Positions 1 to 8,060 of a stretch of DNA of 63,792 nucleotides are shown piece by piece (position 1 is the stretch's first letter; each line of letters opens with the position of its first letter). The position numbers were made by a program, and so were the translations under genes. Origin of the DNA: Chloroflexota bacterium (GTDB taxonomy: Bacteria; Chloroflexota; Anaerolineae; Anaerolineales; Villigracilaceae); the NCBI GenBank assembly GCA_039932795.1, contig JBDTPH010000264.1, positions 1 to 63,792 on the forward strand. The letters are read 5' to 3'. The notes under the pieces were generated by a model. It worked only from the letters and a program-made list of their open reading frames with translations, was not told the origin of the DNA and ran no database searches.

Positions 1-49
1 GCGACCTTCGGGTTATGAGCCCGACGAGCTGCCACTGCTCCACCCCGCA
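1..49 (-). tRNA. tRNA-fMet (CAT), 5' part only; 3' end lies outside the window
   Basis: Reverse complement TGCGGGGTGGAGCAGTGGCAGCTCGTCGGGCTCATAACCCGAAGGTCGC; CAT anticodon with three consecutive G-C pairs in the anticodon stem (initiator feature). Confidence 0.95.
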
Positions 50-69
50 TCGATTAGTTGAGCCCGACG

Positions 70-98
70 ATAATACCATGTCTATATTTTGAAGTCAA
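70..98 (-). promoter_or_regulatory. sigma70-type promoter of tRNA-fMet
   Basis: TTGACT-17 nt-TATTAT with extended -10 TG on the minus strand. Confidence 0.75.
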
Positions 99-306
99 GC
101 ATGGATGCTGAGTTTTACATGATAACTCGTTGGCACATTATTCACAGAGATGACTTGATAAGAGTTTGCCATCGTAGTTTAATCAGCGCTACCTCAAAAA
201 TCTCAGGAGCCCTGCAGGAAAACTTTTGTTAACATTTAAGGTATAATAATTTTACATAGCCTGTATGAAAACATAGCTATCATTATTTGGAATTACCTTT
301 ATTACA

Positions 307-966
307 ATGAAAAAAACCACCCTATTGGTTATCGAAGGACGACACGCAGAAATCCCTTCTTTTGCTGGTGATTTGCAAAAGAAGGGATTTGATGTTGTGC
401 TGTTTCAGAACGGCAGTCAGGCTATTTCAAAATTCAAGCAGGTCAACCCAAGCATAGTTGTGATCAATGCACCATCACTGCGAAGCACTGGACTTCGCAT
501 TTGCCTTTCGGTTCGCAAGAAAGACGCAAAAATCCCGATTATTTTAATTGTGGAAAAAGAAAAACCAGTGGTGGATGAGGAGCTTGCAGATGCAGTATTG
601 GCATTACCGTTCACTGTGCAAAAACTTGTAAACCGTATAAAAGCACTGATGCCCGGCGACGGGAATAATATGATCAGCGCCGGTCCCATTCGGCTGGATG
701 TTGAAAATCGCCGTGTACGCAGTTTAGGCAAGAACACAAAACTCACACCAAGATTGATCACCCTGTTGCAAATTTTGATGGACAAACATGGCGAAGTCGT
801 CGAACGTGATGCGTTGTTCAAAAAAGTTTGGGAGACGAACTACACAGGTGATACACGCACGCTCGATGTACACATTTCCTGGTTGAGGCGCGCCATCGAG
901 CTTGACCCCAATAATCCCAAGTTCCTCAAAACCATTCGCGGTGTTGGATACCGCCTAGACGTGTAG
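307..966 (+). CDS. OmpR/PhoB-family winged-helix response regulator with atypical receiver domain
   Basis: C-terminal TRTLDVHISWLR...TIRGVGYRL motif; receiver has N at the phospho-Asp position (VVINAP) and LPF in place of KPF. Confidence 0.92.
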   Translation: MKKTTLLVIEGRHAEIPSFAGDLQKKGFDVVLFQNGSQAISKFKQVNPSIVVINAPSLRSTGLRICLSVRKKDAKIPIILIVEKEKPVVDEELADAVLALPFTVQKLVNRIKALMPGDGNNMISAGPIRLDVENRRVRSLGKNTKLTPRLITLLQILMDKHGEVVERDALFKKVWETNYTGDTRTLDVHISWLRRAIELDPNNPKFLKTIRGVGYRLDV

Positions 967-969
967 TTT

Positions 970-998
970 AGGGCGACCTAGCGGTCGCCTTTTTATTT
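970..998 (+). terminator. intrinsic terminator
   Basis: GGCGACC-TAGC-GGTCGCC followed by a T tract. Confidence 0.75.
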
Positions 999-1058
999 AT
1001 AGATTTGATATAATCTCAGAACGCAAGTTCTAAAAATCCAGAAAATCAAGAAGTTACA

Positions 1059-2618
1059 ATGAACCGCATATACTTTGGAGACAATCTCCCAATTCTAAAA
1101 AGCCTGGCGGACGAGTCAATAGACTTAATTTATATTGATCCTCCCTTCAATACAGGAAAAACGCAGAAACACACGAGGGTTAAGACTGTTAAGTCAAAGG
1201 ATGGTTCACGGATAGGTTTTCAAGGTAATACGTATGAAACTATTGAACTGGGGACAAAGGCCTATCAAGATTCGTTTAATTTTTTAGACGGTAAATCCAT
1301 TGATTCTGATATCGAAAAAGCCTATCAAAATTTAGCGCCCGAAGCTAGCCTATATTTCTTAGAAACATTTCTCAGACCAAGATTAGAGGAAGCATATCGT
1401 CTCTTAAAGCCTCACGGAAGCTTATATTTTCATATTGATTACCGCGAAGTTCACTATTGTAAGATTTTGTTGGATGATATTTTTGGCAGGGAATCGTTTT
1501 TGAATGAAATTGTGTGGGCATATGACTATGGTGGACGAGCAAAGTCGAAATGGCCAGCAAAACATGACAATATTTTGTTTTATGTAAAGAATCCTAAAAA
1601 TTACATTTTCAATACGGGTGAGATTGACCGAGAGCCTTATATGGCACCAGGTTTGGTTGGTCCTGAAAAGGCGCAGCGCGGAAAGCTACCAACTGATGTT
1701 TGGTGGCCAGGTCTCGTCGGCGCAAAAATCAACGAAAAATCTTCTAATTGGTATCTGAGAGGACAGAATACTACTTGGTGGCAAACTATAGTACCAACAA
1801 ATAGCAAAGAAAGAGTGGGCTATCCTACTCAAAAGCCACGCCGATTATTAGACAGAATTATTAAGGCTTCCTCAGCAAGAGGAAGTATAGTTTTGGACTT
1901 TTTCGCTGGTAGTGGAACAACAGGAGAAAGCTGCCTTGAATTGGGAAGAAACTTTATATTAATTGATAATAACGAAGCATCCATGGAAGTTATGGCGCGA
2001 CGATTTGCTGATGCCAAAAATATAGATTGGGTAAATTTCGATCATCTGCCTTATAAGCATTCTGAACAGGCCTATGAATTGAAACAATCAACTGATTTAC
2101 CATCCATAAAAAGAGATTTCATTTTGTTAGCCGCCACAGCTACTTACCTTCAGATAGAGCTCGAAGACTCTAATAGCCCGTGGGAAAACAGTCCGTTCGA
2201 ATGGATACTTGCATTACCAGCAAGAAAAAAAGGAAAGCTAGCCAGACAACTAGTAGCATCTTGGCTGGCAACTAAGGGAATTTCACACAAACTGTCGGGG
2301 GACTCGAGCGAAGCCCTGATAATAGGTGAGCATCGCTTCGCAATTAAATTCTCCACAATTTGGTCAAAAGGTTTTTATAAATTTCAACAGCTAAGATCTG
2401 ATGGCTATGATTATGTAATATGTCTTGGAATTTCGCCATTTGATGCACATTGCTGGGTTTTTGATCGAAGCTATGCAATAAAAAACGCGAAGAAACAACA
2501 TGCAACAGAATACTGGATGACAATAGACCCCGAAAAGCCACAGGATTGGGTCAAAGATTATGGTGGCACTTTAGACCAAGCCTTTCACAGATTAAGAAGC
2601 TTAATCAAAAAGCATTAG
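1059..2618 (+). CDS. beta-class N6A/N4C DNA methyltransferase fused to a C-terminal restriction-endonuclease-like domain with a degenerate active site
   Basis: DPPF motif IV, YPTQKP, DFFAGSGTT motif I; the C-terminal ~170 aa align over their whole length with the downstream ORF. Confidence 0.9.
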   Translation: MNRIYFGDNLPILKSLADESIDLIYIDPPFNTGKTQKHTRVKTVKSKDGSRIGFQGNTYETIELGTKAYQDSFNFLDGKSIDSDIEKAYQNLAPEASLYFLETFLRPRLEEAYRLLKPHGSLYFHIDYREVHYCKILLDDIFGRESFLNEIVWAYDYGGRAKSKWPAKHDNILFYVKNPKNYIFNTGEIDREPYMAPGLVGPEKAQRGKLPTDVWWPGLVGAKINEKSSNWYLRGQNTTWWQTIVPTNSKERVGYPTQKPRRLLDRIIKASSARGSIVLDFFAGSGTTGESCLELGRNFILIDNNEASMEVMARRFADAKNIDWVNFDHLPYKHSEQAYELKQSTDLPSIKRDFILLAATATYLQIELEDSNSPWENSPFEWILALPARKKGKLARQLVASWLATKGISHKLSGDSSEALIIGEHRFAIKFSTIWSKGFYKFQQLRSDGYDYVICLGISPFDAHCWVFDRSYAIKNAKKQHATEYWMTIDPEKPQDWVKDYGGTLDQAFHRLRSLIKKH

Positions 2619-2626
2619 AGACTTAT

Positions 2627-3178
2627 ATGACTGAAAATACACTTTCTCCCGAATTTGAACTTCTTTCAATCGCGGCAAAATTCATAAAACCCGAGTTCAA
2701 AAAAGCTGAGTCGCCTTGGGCAGACAGCCCATTTGAGTGGGTGTTGACTTTACCATCGGCTTCAAAAGGAAAACTTGGAAAACGATTAGTCTATCAGTGG
2801 TGTGCATTAAAAGGTCTCTCTATAGATAGTAGCCCCGATTCACAAGCAGATATGATGATTAATGGCCATAGGGTGGAAATCAAGTTTTCTACTCTTTGGG
2901 AAGCCAGCATATACAAGTTTCAACAGTTACGCGATCAAAATTATGAATATGCCGTTTGTTTAGGAATCTCTCCCTTTGAAGCTCATTGTTGGGTCATCAG
3001 CAAGAAGATACTAAAACAATACGTCATAGGGCATATGGGACAACATACGGGTTCTGGAGGTCAAGAGACGGCCTGGTTTGCGGTAAACCCTCAATCACCG
3101 CCTAGTTGGATCTTGCCGTGTGGCGGAACTTTAGAACAAGCTTATAAGGTCTTGAAAAGCCTTAGTAGTAAGAAATAA
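2627..3178 (+). CDS. putative PD-(D/E)XK restriction endonuclease
   Basis: SPDSQADMMINGHRVEIK (D-x8-E-I-K) motif; ATG 8 nt after the MTase stop; AT-rich like the MTase. Confidence 0.7.
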   Translation: MTENTLSPEFELLSIAAKFIKPEFKKAESPWADSPFEWVLTLPSASKGKLGKRLVYQWCALKGLSIDSSPDSQADMMINGHRVEIKFSTLWEASIYKFQQLRDQNYEYAVCLGISPFEAHCWVISKKILKQYVIGHMGQHTGSGGQETAWFAVNPQSPPSWILPCGGTLEQAYKVLKSLSSKK

Positions 3179-3207
3179 AATCTGCCCGAGTATCTCTCGG
3201 GCAGATT
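3179..3207. terminator. hairpin terminator between convergent genes
   Basis: AATCTGCCCGAG-TATCT-CTCGGGCAGATT, 12-bp perfect stem. Confidence 0.75.
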
Positions 3208-3213
3208 GCTGTT

Positions 3214-4254
3214 TTAATAATGTATTTGCACGAGTGTGCCGATGCCACGGTTGAAGGACTTCCCCAGCTCATGTTTTGGCAGCGCCCAGAGAAACAGCCA
3301 CTTGGCTTCCTCAGTCCGCATATTAATACAACCATGACTCATCGGTGTACCAAAGTTCTGATGCCAGTAGGTGCCGTGAAACGCATGACCCTGTGTCGTG
3401 AAGAAGCACGTCCAGGGCACGCCAGGCAGTTCATAATCGTCGGCGTCTGCAAACAGGTTCCCATTACCCATGTGCTTGGCAGGCATTTTATCCAATATAT
3501 GAAAATCACCCTGGGGCGTTTTTGTGGATAATCCATCTGCGCCTCGCGGTCCGTTTGGCATACCTGAGGAAATGGTCGTCTTGATCACCTCCCGGCCATT
3601 TTCGAATGCAGCCAGGGTCTGTGTGGTGAGATTGACTTCGATAAGCTTGTCCTGCGGCTCAATATCCGGGCTGATCGGCGCCAGATCGGCCACTGGGATC
3701 GGTCGCACGTGCATCGGATCAATGTGATAGGGGAAGCCTGTCAGGTCATCATACACGCGATACCACGGCTCCCCGGTTGGACCGGGTTCAATTGCCGAGA
3801 TCCAATGAACCGAGCCGTAGTACAGGCGAAAGCCAAGTTGCTGCCAGCCGTATGCTTTCGACGTCCGCCATGGTTGGGTGAATGGCACAGTCACTTCTGC
3901 GAGGCGCATTTGTCCTTCTGGCAGGGAGGGCAGAGTTTGATTGTACAAAACTTTTACACGCTGCAGCCGCGCACGATGGACGTATCCGCCCCACACGCGG
4001 TACCAGATCGGATTACCGGTCGGTTCATCGGCTTCCACTTCATCGTAGACACGGAGCAATTCGTCGCGATACCAGGTGGAGACGATCGAACTTTTGTCAC
4101 TGGGCTTTCGATATATACTAATAGAGTCAGTGGCTATCCGCACAAGGTCACTGTCATCAAAATTAAGAAAATTTCCCAGAGATGGAGAGAACGCCAGCGA
4201 ACCCAGGCTCAAACCACCAAGTTTCAAAAAGTCACGTCGGGATAAAGATGTCAT
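3214..4254 (-). CDS. Tat-exported L,D-transpeptidase (YkuD family)
   Basis: SRRDFLK twin-arginine signal; HGTYWH...SHGCINM catalytic motif. Confidence 0.92.
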   Translation of the reverse strand: MTSLSRRDFLKLGGLSLGSLAFSPSLGNFLNFDDSDLVRIATDSISIYRKPSDKSSIVSTWYRDELLRVYDEVEADEPTGNPIWYRVWGGYVHRARLQRVKVLYNQTLPSLPEGQMRLAEVTVPFTQPWRTSKAYGWQQLGFRLYYGSVHWISAIEPGPTGEPWYRVYDDLTGFPYHIDPMHVRPIPVADLAPISPDIEPQDKLIEVNLTTQTLAAFENGREVIKTTISSGMPNGPRGADGLSTKTPQGDFHILDKMPAKHMGNGNLFADADDYELPGVPWTCFFTTQGHAFHGTYWHQNFGTPMSHGCINMRTEEAKWLFLWALPKHELGKSFNRGIGTLVQIHY

Positions 4255-4383
4255 TGTAGGAAAATTGTAACCGAAAACAGGCGGTTTTAATAAATTCTCA
4301 TCAGATTTTATGTTTACTTTGCCGCTTAACACAACTACCCCCCAGAGGCTGGAGGGTAGTCGATCATGGGATCAGTTGTCAGC

Positions 4384-4626
4384 TTACGATTCGACCGTTT
4401 CCGGTATCATTCCCCGAAGAAGGATTTCAAGAGCCATGGTGTGAGCACAGCGGTGGTGCGTCACGAAAAACTCGCAATCACAGGTATAAATGCCGTTCTC
4501 AAAGGATACCTGGTGGTTATTATTATCGCCATGGAAGGTCAAATCAAATTTGTTGAAGAGGAAGCGGTTCCTCTCCTCTGCATACCGTTTTGCCTTTTCT
4601 CTTTTTCCTATCATTCCGTAGTCCAT
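4384..4626 (-). CDS. small SWIM zinc-finger protein
   Basis: CDC-x8-CAH motif; AGGAG RBS upstream. Confidence 0.8.
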   Translation of the reverse strand: MDYGMIGKREKAKRYAEERNRFLFNKFDLTFHGDNNNHQVSFENGIYTCDCEFFVTHHRCAHTMALEILLRGMIPETVES

Positions 4627-4653
4627 CTTAGAATCTCCTTTCAGGATTGGAAT

Positions 4654-4774
4654 AAAAAAAGCACGCGAATAGAAGCGTGCTTTTCAGCGGGTTTTCTGTT
4701 GGATGTAGGTATCTGCTCGCATACGACATTTACCTCGATGAGATGAGTATAGCGCTCTTCAGGAGGCTAGTCAA
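4654..4774 (-). promoter_or_regulatory. promoter plus leader with uORF and intrinsic terminator (putative attenuator) upstream of the SWIM gene
   Basis: TTGACT-17-TATACT (4774..4746); uORF MRADTYIQQKTR (4722..4684) with GAGGT SD; hairpin AAAAGCACGC/GCGTGCTTTT followed by U7. Confidence 0.6.
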
Positions 4775-4824
4775 CACCAAATTAAGCTCTGTAGTTAGAT
4801 CGTACGGTAATCGTAAGGTTTCGT

Positions 4825-6075
4825 TTAATCGGCAGGCACCGAGTGTGAAGTCGGCTCGTCGCCATTGTATCTGGCGAGCGCAGGCCAGCGGGAAACGATC
4901 CACCAGACCCCAAATATCGTCCCAATTCCGCCGCTAACAATGGCAAAAGGTACCCCGAAAAATTGGGCAATGACGCCTGCTTCGATTTCGCCGAGTTGCG
5001 GCCCGCCGGCAAAAAAGATCTGATTAATGCTTGTCATGCGTCCACGCAGGGAATCGGGAGTATTGAGCTGCCTGATCGTATTACGAATGATGGTGCTGAC
5101 CGAATCGGCTGCACCCATCAGAACCAGTGCAAGAAAAATAACAATATAGAGACGCGACAGGCCGAACACAAGGGTTGCAGAACCAAACACGACCACCGAT
5201 CCCAGCAGCAACATCCCCTGGCGTCGGATATTTTGATATTGGGAGACGACCAGACCCACAAACACCGCTCCGATCGATTGCGCAGAAGCCAGCCAGCCAT
5301 ACGCGATCTCGCCCACATGAAGGATGTTTTGGGCAAAATAGGGCAGAAGTGTGTTCGCAGACGAGAAAAAGGTCGCGATGAAGTCGAGGACCATTGTGGA
5401 AAGGATCAAGGGCTGGCTGCGAATAAAAGTGACACCATCCTGGATATCCATCATTGCGGCACGTAATCCCTTTTGAACAACAGTCCTGGCTTGAGGAACT
5501 CTTCCCAACAGGACCAAGGCCAGGATGACCGCCAGGAACGTACCCGCGTTAATGAAATAGACAGCCTCCTGCCCAAAATAACCGATAACCAGACCGCTCA
5601 TCGCGGGGCCGATAATTGCTCCTGTGTTAAAGGCAATGGACTGCAGCGAGAACGCACTCGGTAAAACGTCGCGAGGCACCAGGTTAGGCACAAGTGACTG
5701 ACGCGCAGGCAGGTCAAAGGCCATCGCTGCTGCTTGAAGGGCAGTCAACGCGTAGATGTGCCAGAGCCTGATCTCACCGGAAAACGTTAGCAACCCCAAA
5801 ACGATGGCAACGACCATGGCAGTGGATTGTGTAATGAATAGAATAGTCCGCCGGTTATACCGATCCGCCACCAGACCGCCTACAAGGGAAAAAGCCAACA
5901 CCGCTAAAAAACGGACGCCACCCACCACGCTGACCGCAATTGGATCCCTGCTCAGCTGGCTGATATGCCAGAACAGGGCCCACTGCTGCATCTGTGTCCC
6001 CACCATGGAGATCATCAACCCGACCCAGATCAATACAAAACCGCGATGTTTCAACGCGGGAGGAACATGAATCAT
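4825..6075 (-). CDS. MFS transporter (EntS/MFS_3-like)
   Basis: About 12 hydrophobic segments; GGLVADRYNRR motif A; TPDSLRGR. Confidence 0.9.
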   Translation of the reverse strand: MIHVPPALKHRGFVLIWVGLMISMVGTQMQQWALFWHISQLSRDPIAVSVVGGVRFLAVLAFSLVGGLVADRYNRRTILFITQSTAMVVAIVLGLLTFSGEIRLWHIYALTALQAAAMAFDLPARQSLVPNLVPRDVLPSAFSLQSIAFNTGAIIGPAMSGLVIGYFGQEAVYFINAGTFLAVILALVLLGRVPQARTVVQKGLRAAMMDIQDGVTFIRSQPLILSTMVLDFIATFFSSANTLLPYFAQNILHVGEIAYGWLASAQSIGAVFVGLVVSQYQNIRRQGMLLLGSVVVFGSATLVFGLSRLYIVIFLALVLMGAADSVSTIIRNTIRQLNTPDSLRGRMTSINQIFFAGGPQLGEIEAGVIAQFFGVPFAIVSGGIGTIFGVWWIVSRWPALARYNGDEPTSHSVPAD

Positions 6076-6158
6076 CTTCTTCTTGAATCCTTTCCGTCCA
6101 ACAACAGAAAGCAGGAGGCTTGCACCTCCTGCCATCTGATTTCATCATTCCAGAATAT

Positions 6159-6983
6159 TTACGTACCCCAGTCTCTCAGGTAAAGAAAATCGTATCCGAT
6201 CGTACGGTTCGACACCTTGGCAATGGGAGGCATCATGCGTTTGAATTGATTGCGTCGAACACGTGTGATGACCGCGTTCACGAACTTGTCATCAAAGCCT
6301 TCTTCGATGCATTCCTGCGCGCTATAACGCTGGTCCACCAATAGATAGAGCAGTTTGTCCACATCTTCGTATGTGAAACCCAATTCGCCTTCATCTGTTT
6401 GACCTGCCCAAAGATCGGCCGAGGGAGGCTTATCCATGATCTCGCCTGGAATAGCCATTGCCCGCGACAGCTGTCGGGCCTGGGTCTTGTACAGGTCACC
6501 AATTGGATTCACGGCTGAGGCCATATCTCCCCACATGGTGCTGTACCCCAACAGTATTTCCGTTTTGTTGCTGGTGCCGATCGGGAGAGCCTTGAACACC
6601 TCGGACTGGTCATACAGAACAATCATGCGTGCCCGGGCCATGATATTGCCCTTGCGTGTGTTCGACATGTCCGCATCGTGCTCGATAAGTGCATCAACCA
6701 TGCCTGTGATATCGATCGTTTTGGACTGCACCTTGAATTGGTCGATCATTAACTGGGCATGTTCCAGTGAATCCGGCGACGACGTTCGATATGGCAGGCG
6801 CAACGCCAGCACATTTTCGGCCCCAAGGGCATGTACGGAAAGCGCGCATGAGAGAGCAGAGTCCAAGCCGCCCGAAAGGTTAATGATCGCTCGTGTAAAG
6901 CCCATTCTACCCAGTTCGCTTTTGATAAAGCCAGTGAGTATCTGGTGAGCCACATCGGTATTTATTGTCAGATCAACATTCAT
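6159..6983 (-). CDS. nadE: NAD+ synthetase, synthetase subunit
   Basis: LSGGLDS, GNIMARARM, GTSNKTE, KPPSADLW motifs. Confidence 0.95.
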   Translation of the reverse strand: MNVDLTINTDVAHQILTGFIKSELGRMGFTRAIINLSGGLDSALSCALSVHALGAENVLALRLPYRTSSPDSLEHAQLMIDQFKVQSKTIDITGMVDALIEHDADMSNTRKGNIMARARMIVLYDQSEVFKALPIGTSNKTEILLGYSTMWGDMASAVNPIGDLYKTQARQLSRAMAIPGEIMDKPPSADLWAGQTDEGELGFTYEDVDKLLYLLVDQRYSAQECIEEGFDDKFVNAVITRVRRNQFKRMMPPIAKVSNRTIGYDFLYLRDWGT

Positions 6984-6991
6984 AAGGCAGG

Positions 6992-7846
6992 CTACACATT
7001 CTTCGAAAGGATCCGATCCAGTTCCTTTTGGATCAAATTCGTGCGTTCATCCCGCAATAAGGGAAGCCGGGCGCGCGTACGCCGCAGTTGATTCAAGTCA
7101 AGTTCCACGAGAGTCAATGCTTCTTCAAAATATGGACCCTGCGCCAGCAGTTCCCCATTCGGGTCATTGACCGTCGCACCACCCCAGAAATGTAACCCAT
7201 CTTCATACCCCACCCGATTGCAATGTGCTACGAAGGAGGTAAACATGCTGGCGTAGGCCTTGCTGACGCGTTCCACCCAGCGCGCCGACTCAAGTTTCTC
7301 ACGGTCGTTCAGACCGCGTCCAGGCGAAGCGGATGAAAAAAGCATGATATCCGCACCGTCCAGCCAGAGCAAATAGGGAGGCGATGCGTGCCAGAAATCC
7401 TCACAGATCAGCAGGCCCACCCGTCCAAAACGGGTATCGAAGGAGCGGATCGAGTCGCCCCAGGCGAAGAAACGCCCCTCGTCGAACAGTCCGTACGTGG
7501 GCAGGTAAACCTTATGATGAACGTGCAGCACGCGTCCGCCTGAAAGATACGCGGAGGCAATGTAAAAGCGGTGTCGAGAGTCCTCGTCTACGAAGCCAAC
7601 CACAAGGTCCAGATCGTGACTCGCCTGGAGGAGTTGCTTGAAAACGGAATCATCCTCCGTGGGTTTGTGTGCAACCGTGGCAACAAGATCCTGTAGAACG
7701 TATCCGGTGAGCGACAATTCAGGAAATACCAGCAGATCCGCTTTTTGCTCTTTGGCTTGTTGAATGTAATTCAAATGCTTTTCGAGATTGGATTCGACAT
7801 CCCCCAGTTTTGTTGCGATCTGTGCGAGAGCAAGATTGAGTTTCAT
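6992..7846 (-). CDS. nitrilase-family carbon-nitrogen hydrolase, probable glutaminase partner of NadE
   Basis: E-K-C triad: FPELS, HKVYLPTYGLFDE, LICEDFW; directly upstream of nadE. Confidence 0.88.
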   Translation of the reverse strand: MKLNLALAQIATKLGDVESNLEKHLNYIQQAKEQKADLLVFPELSLTGYVLQDLVATVAHKPTEDDSVFKQLLQASHDLDLVVGFVDEDSRHRFYIASAYLSGGRVLHVHHKVYLPTYGLFDEGRFFAWGDSIRSFDTRFGRVGLLICEDFWHASPPYLLWLDGADIMLFSSASPGRGLNDREKLESARWVERVSKAYASMFTSFVAHCNRVGYEDGLHFWGGATVNDPNGELLAQGPYFEEALTLVELDLNQLRRTRARLPLLRDERTNLIQKELDRILSKNV

Positions 7847-7933
7847 TAACAGAATCTTACCATTAAACATAGACCCCAAAAGTCTGGATGACCTTCAGGG
7901 TTCTGCAATTTCATTTGATATTTTATTTACTAG

Positions 7934-8020
7934 CGGGAAGGGAGGGATTCGAACCCTCGGTGGACCGGAGCCCACAACGGTTTTCGAGACCGTCCCATTC
8001 AACCACTCTGGCACCTTCCC
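7934..8020 (-). tRNA. tRNA-Ser (CGA)
   Basis: GGGAAGGTGCCAGAGTGG...CTCGAAA...long variable arm...GGTTCGAATCC...CTTCCCG; CCA not encoded. Confidence 0.95.
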
Positions 8021-8060
8021 AAAAAGCATCACATGATGTGAATAGCGGCGAGATTATAAC

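Noticed and set aside
7934-8020. tRNA-Ser as a possible island integration site
   Set aside because: No integrase and no duplicated tRNA 3' end seen in the window
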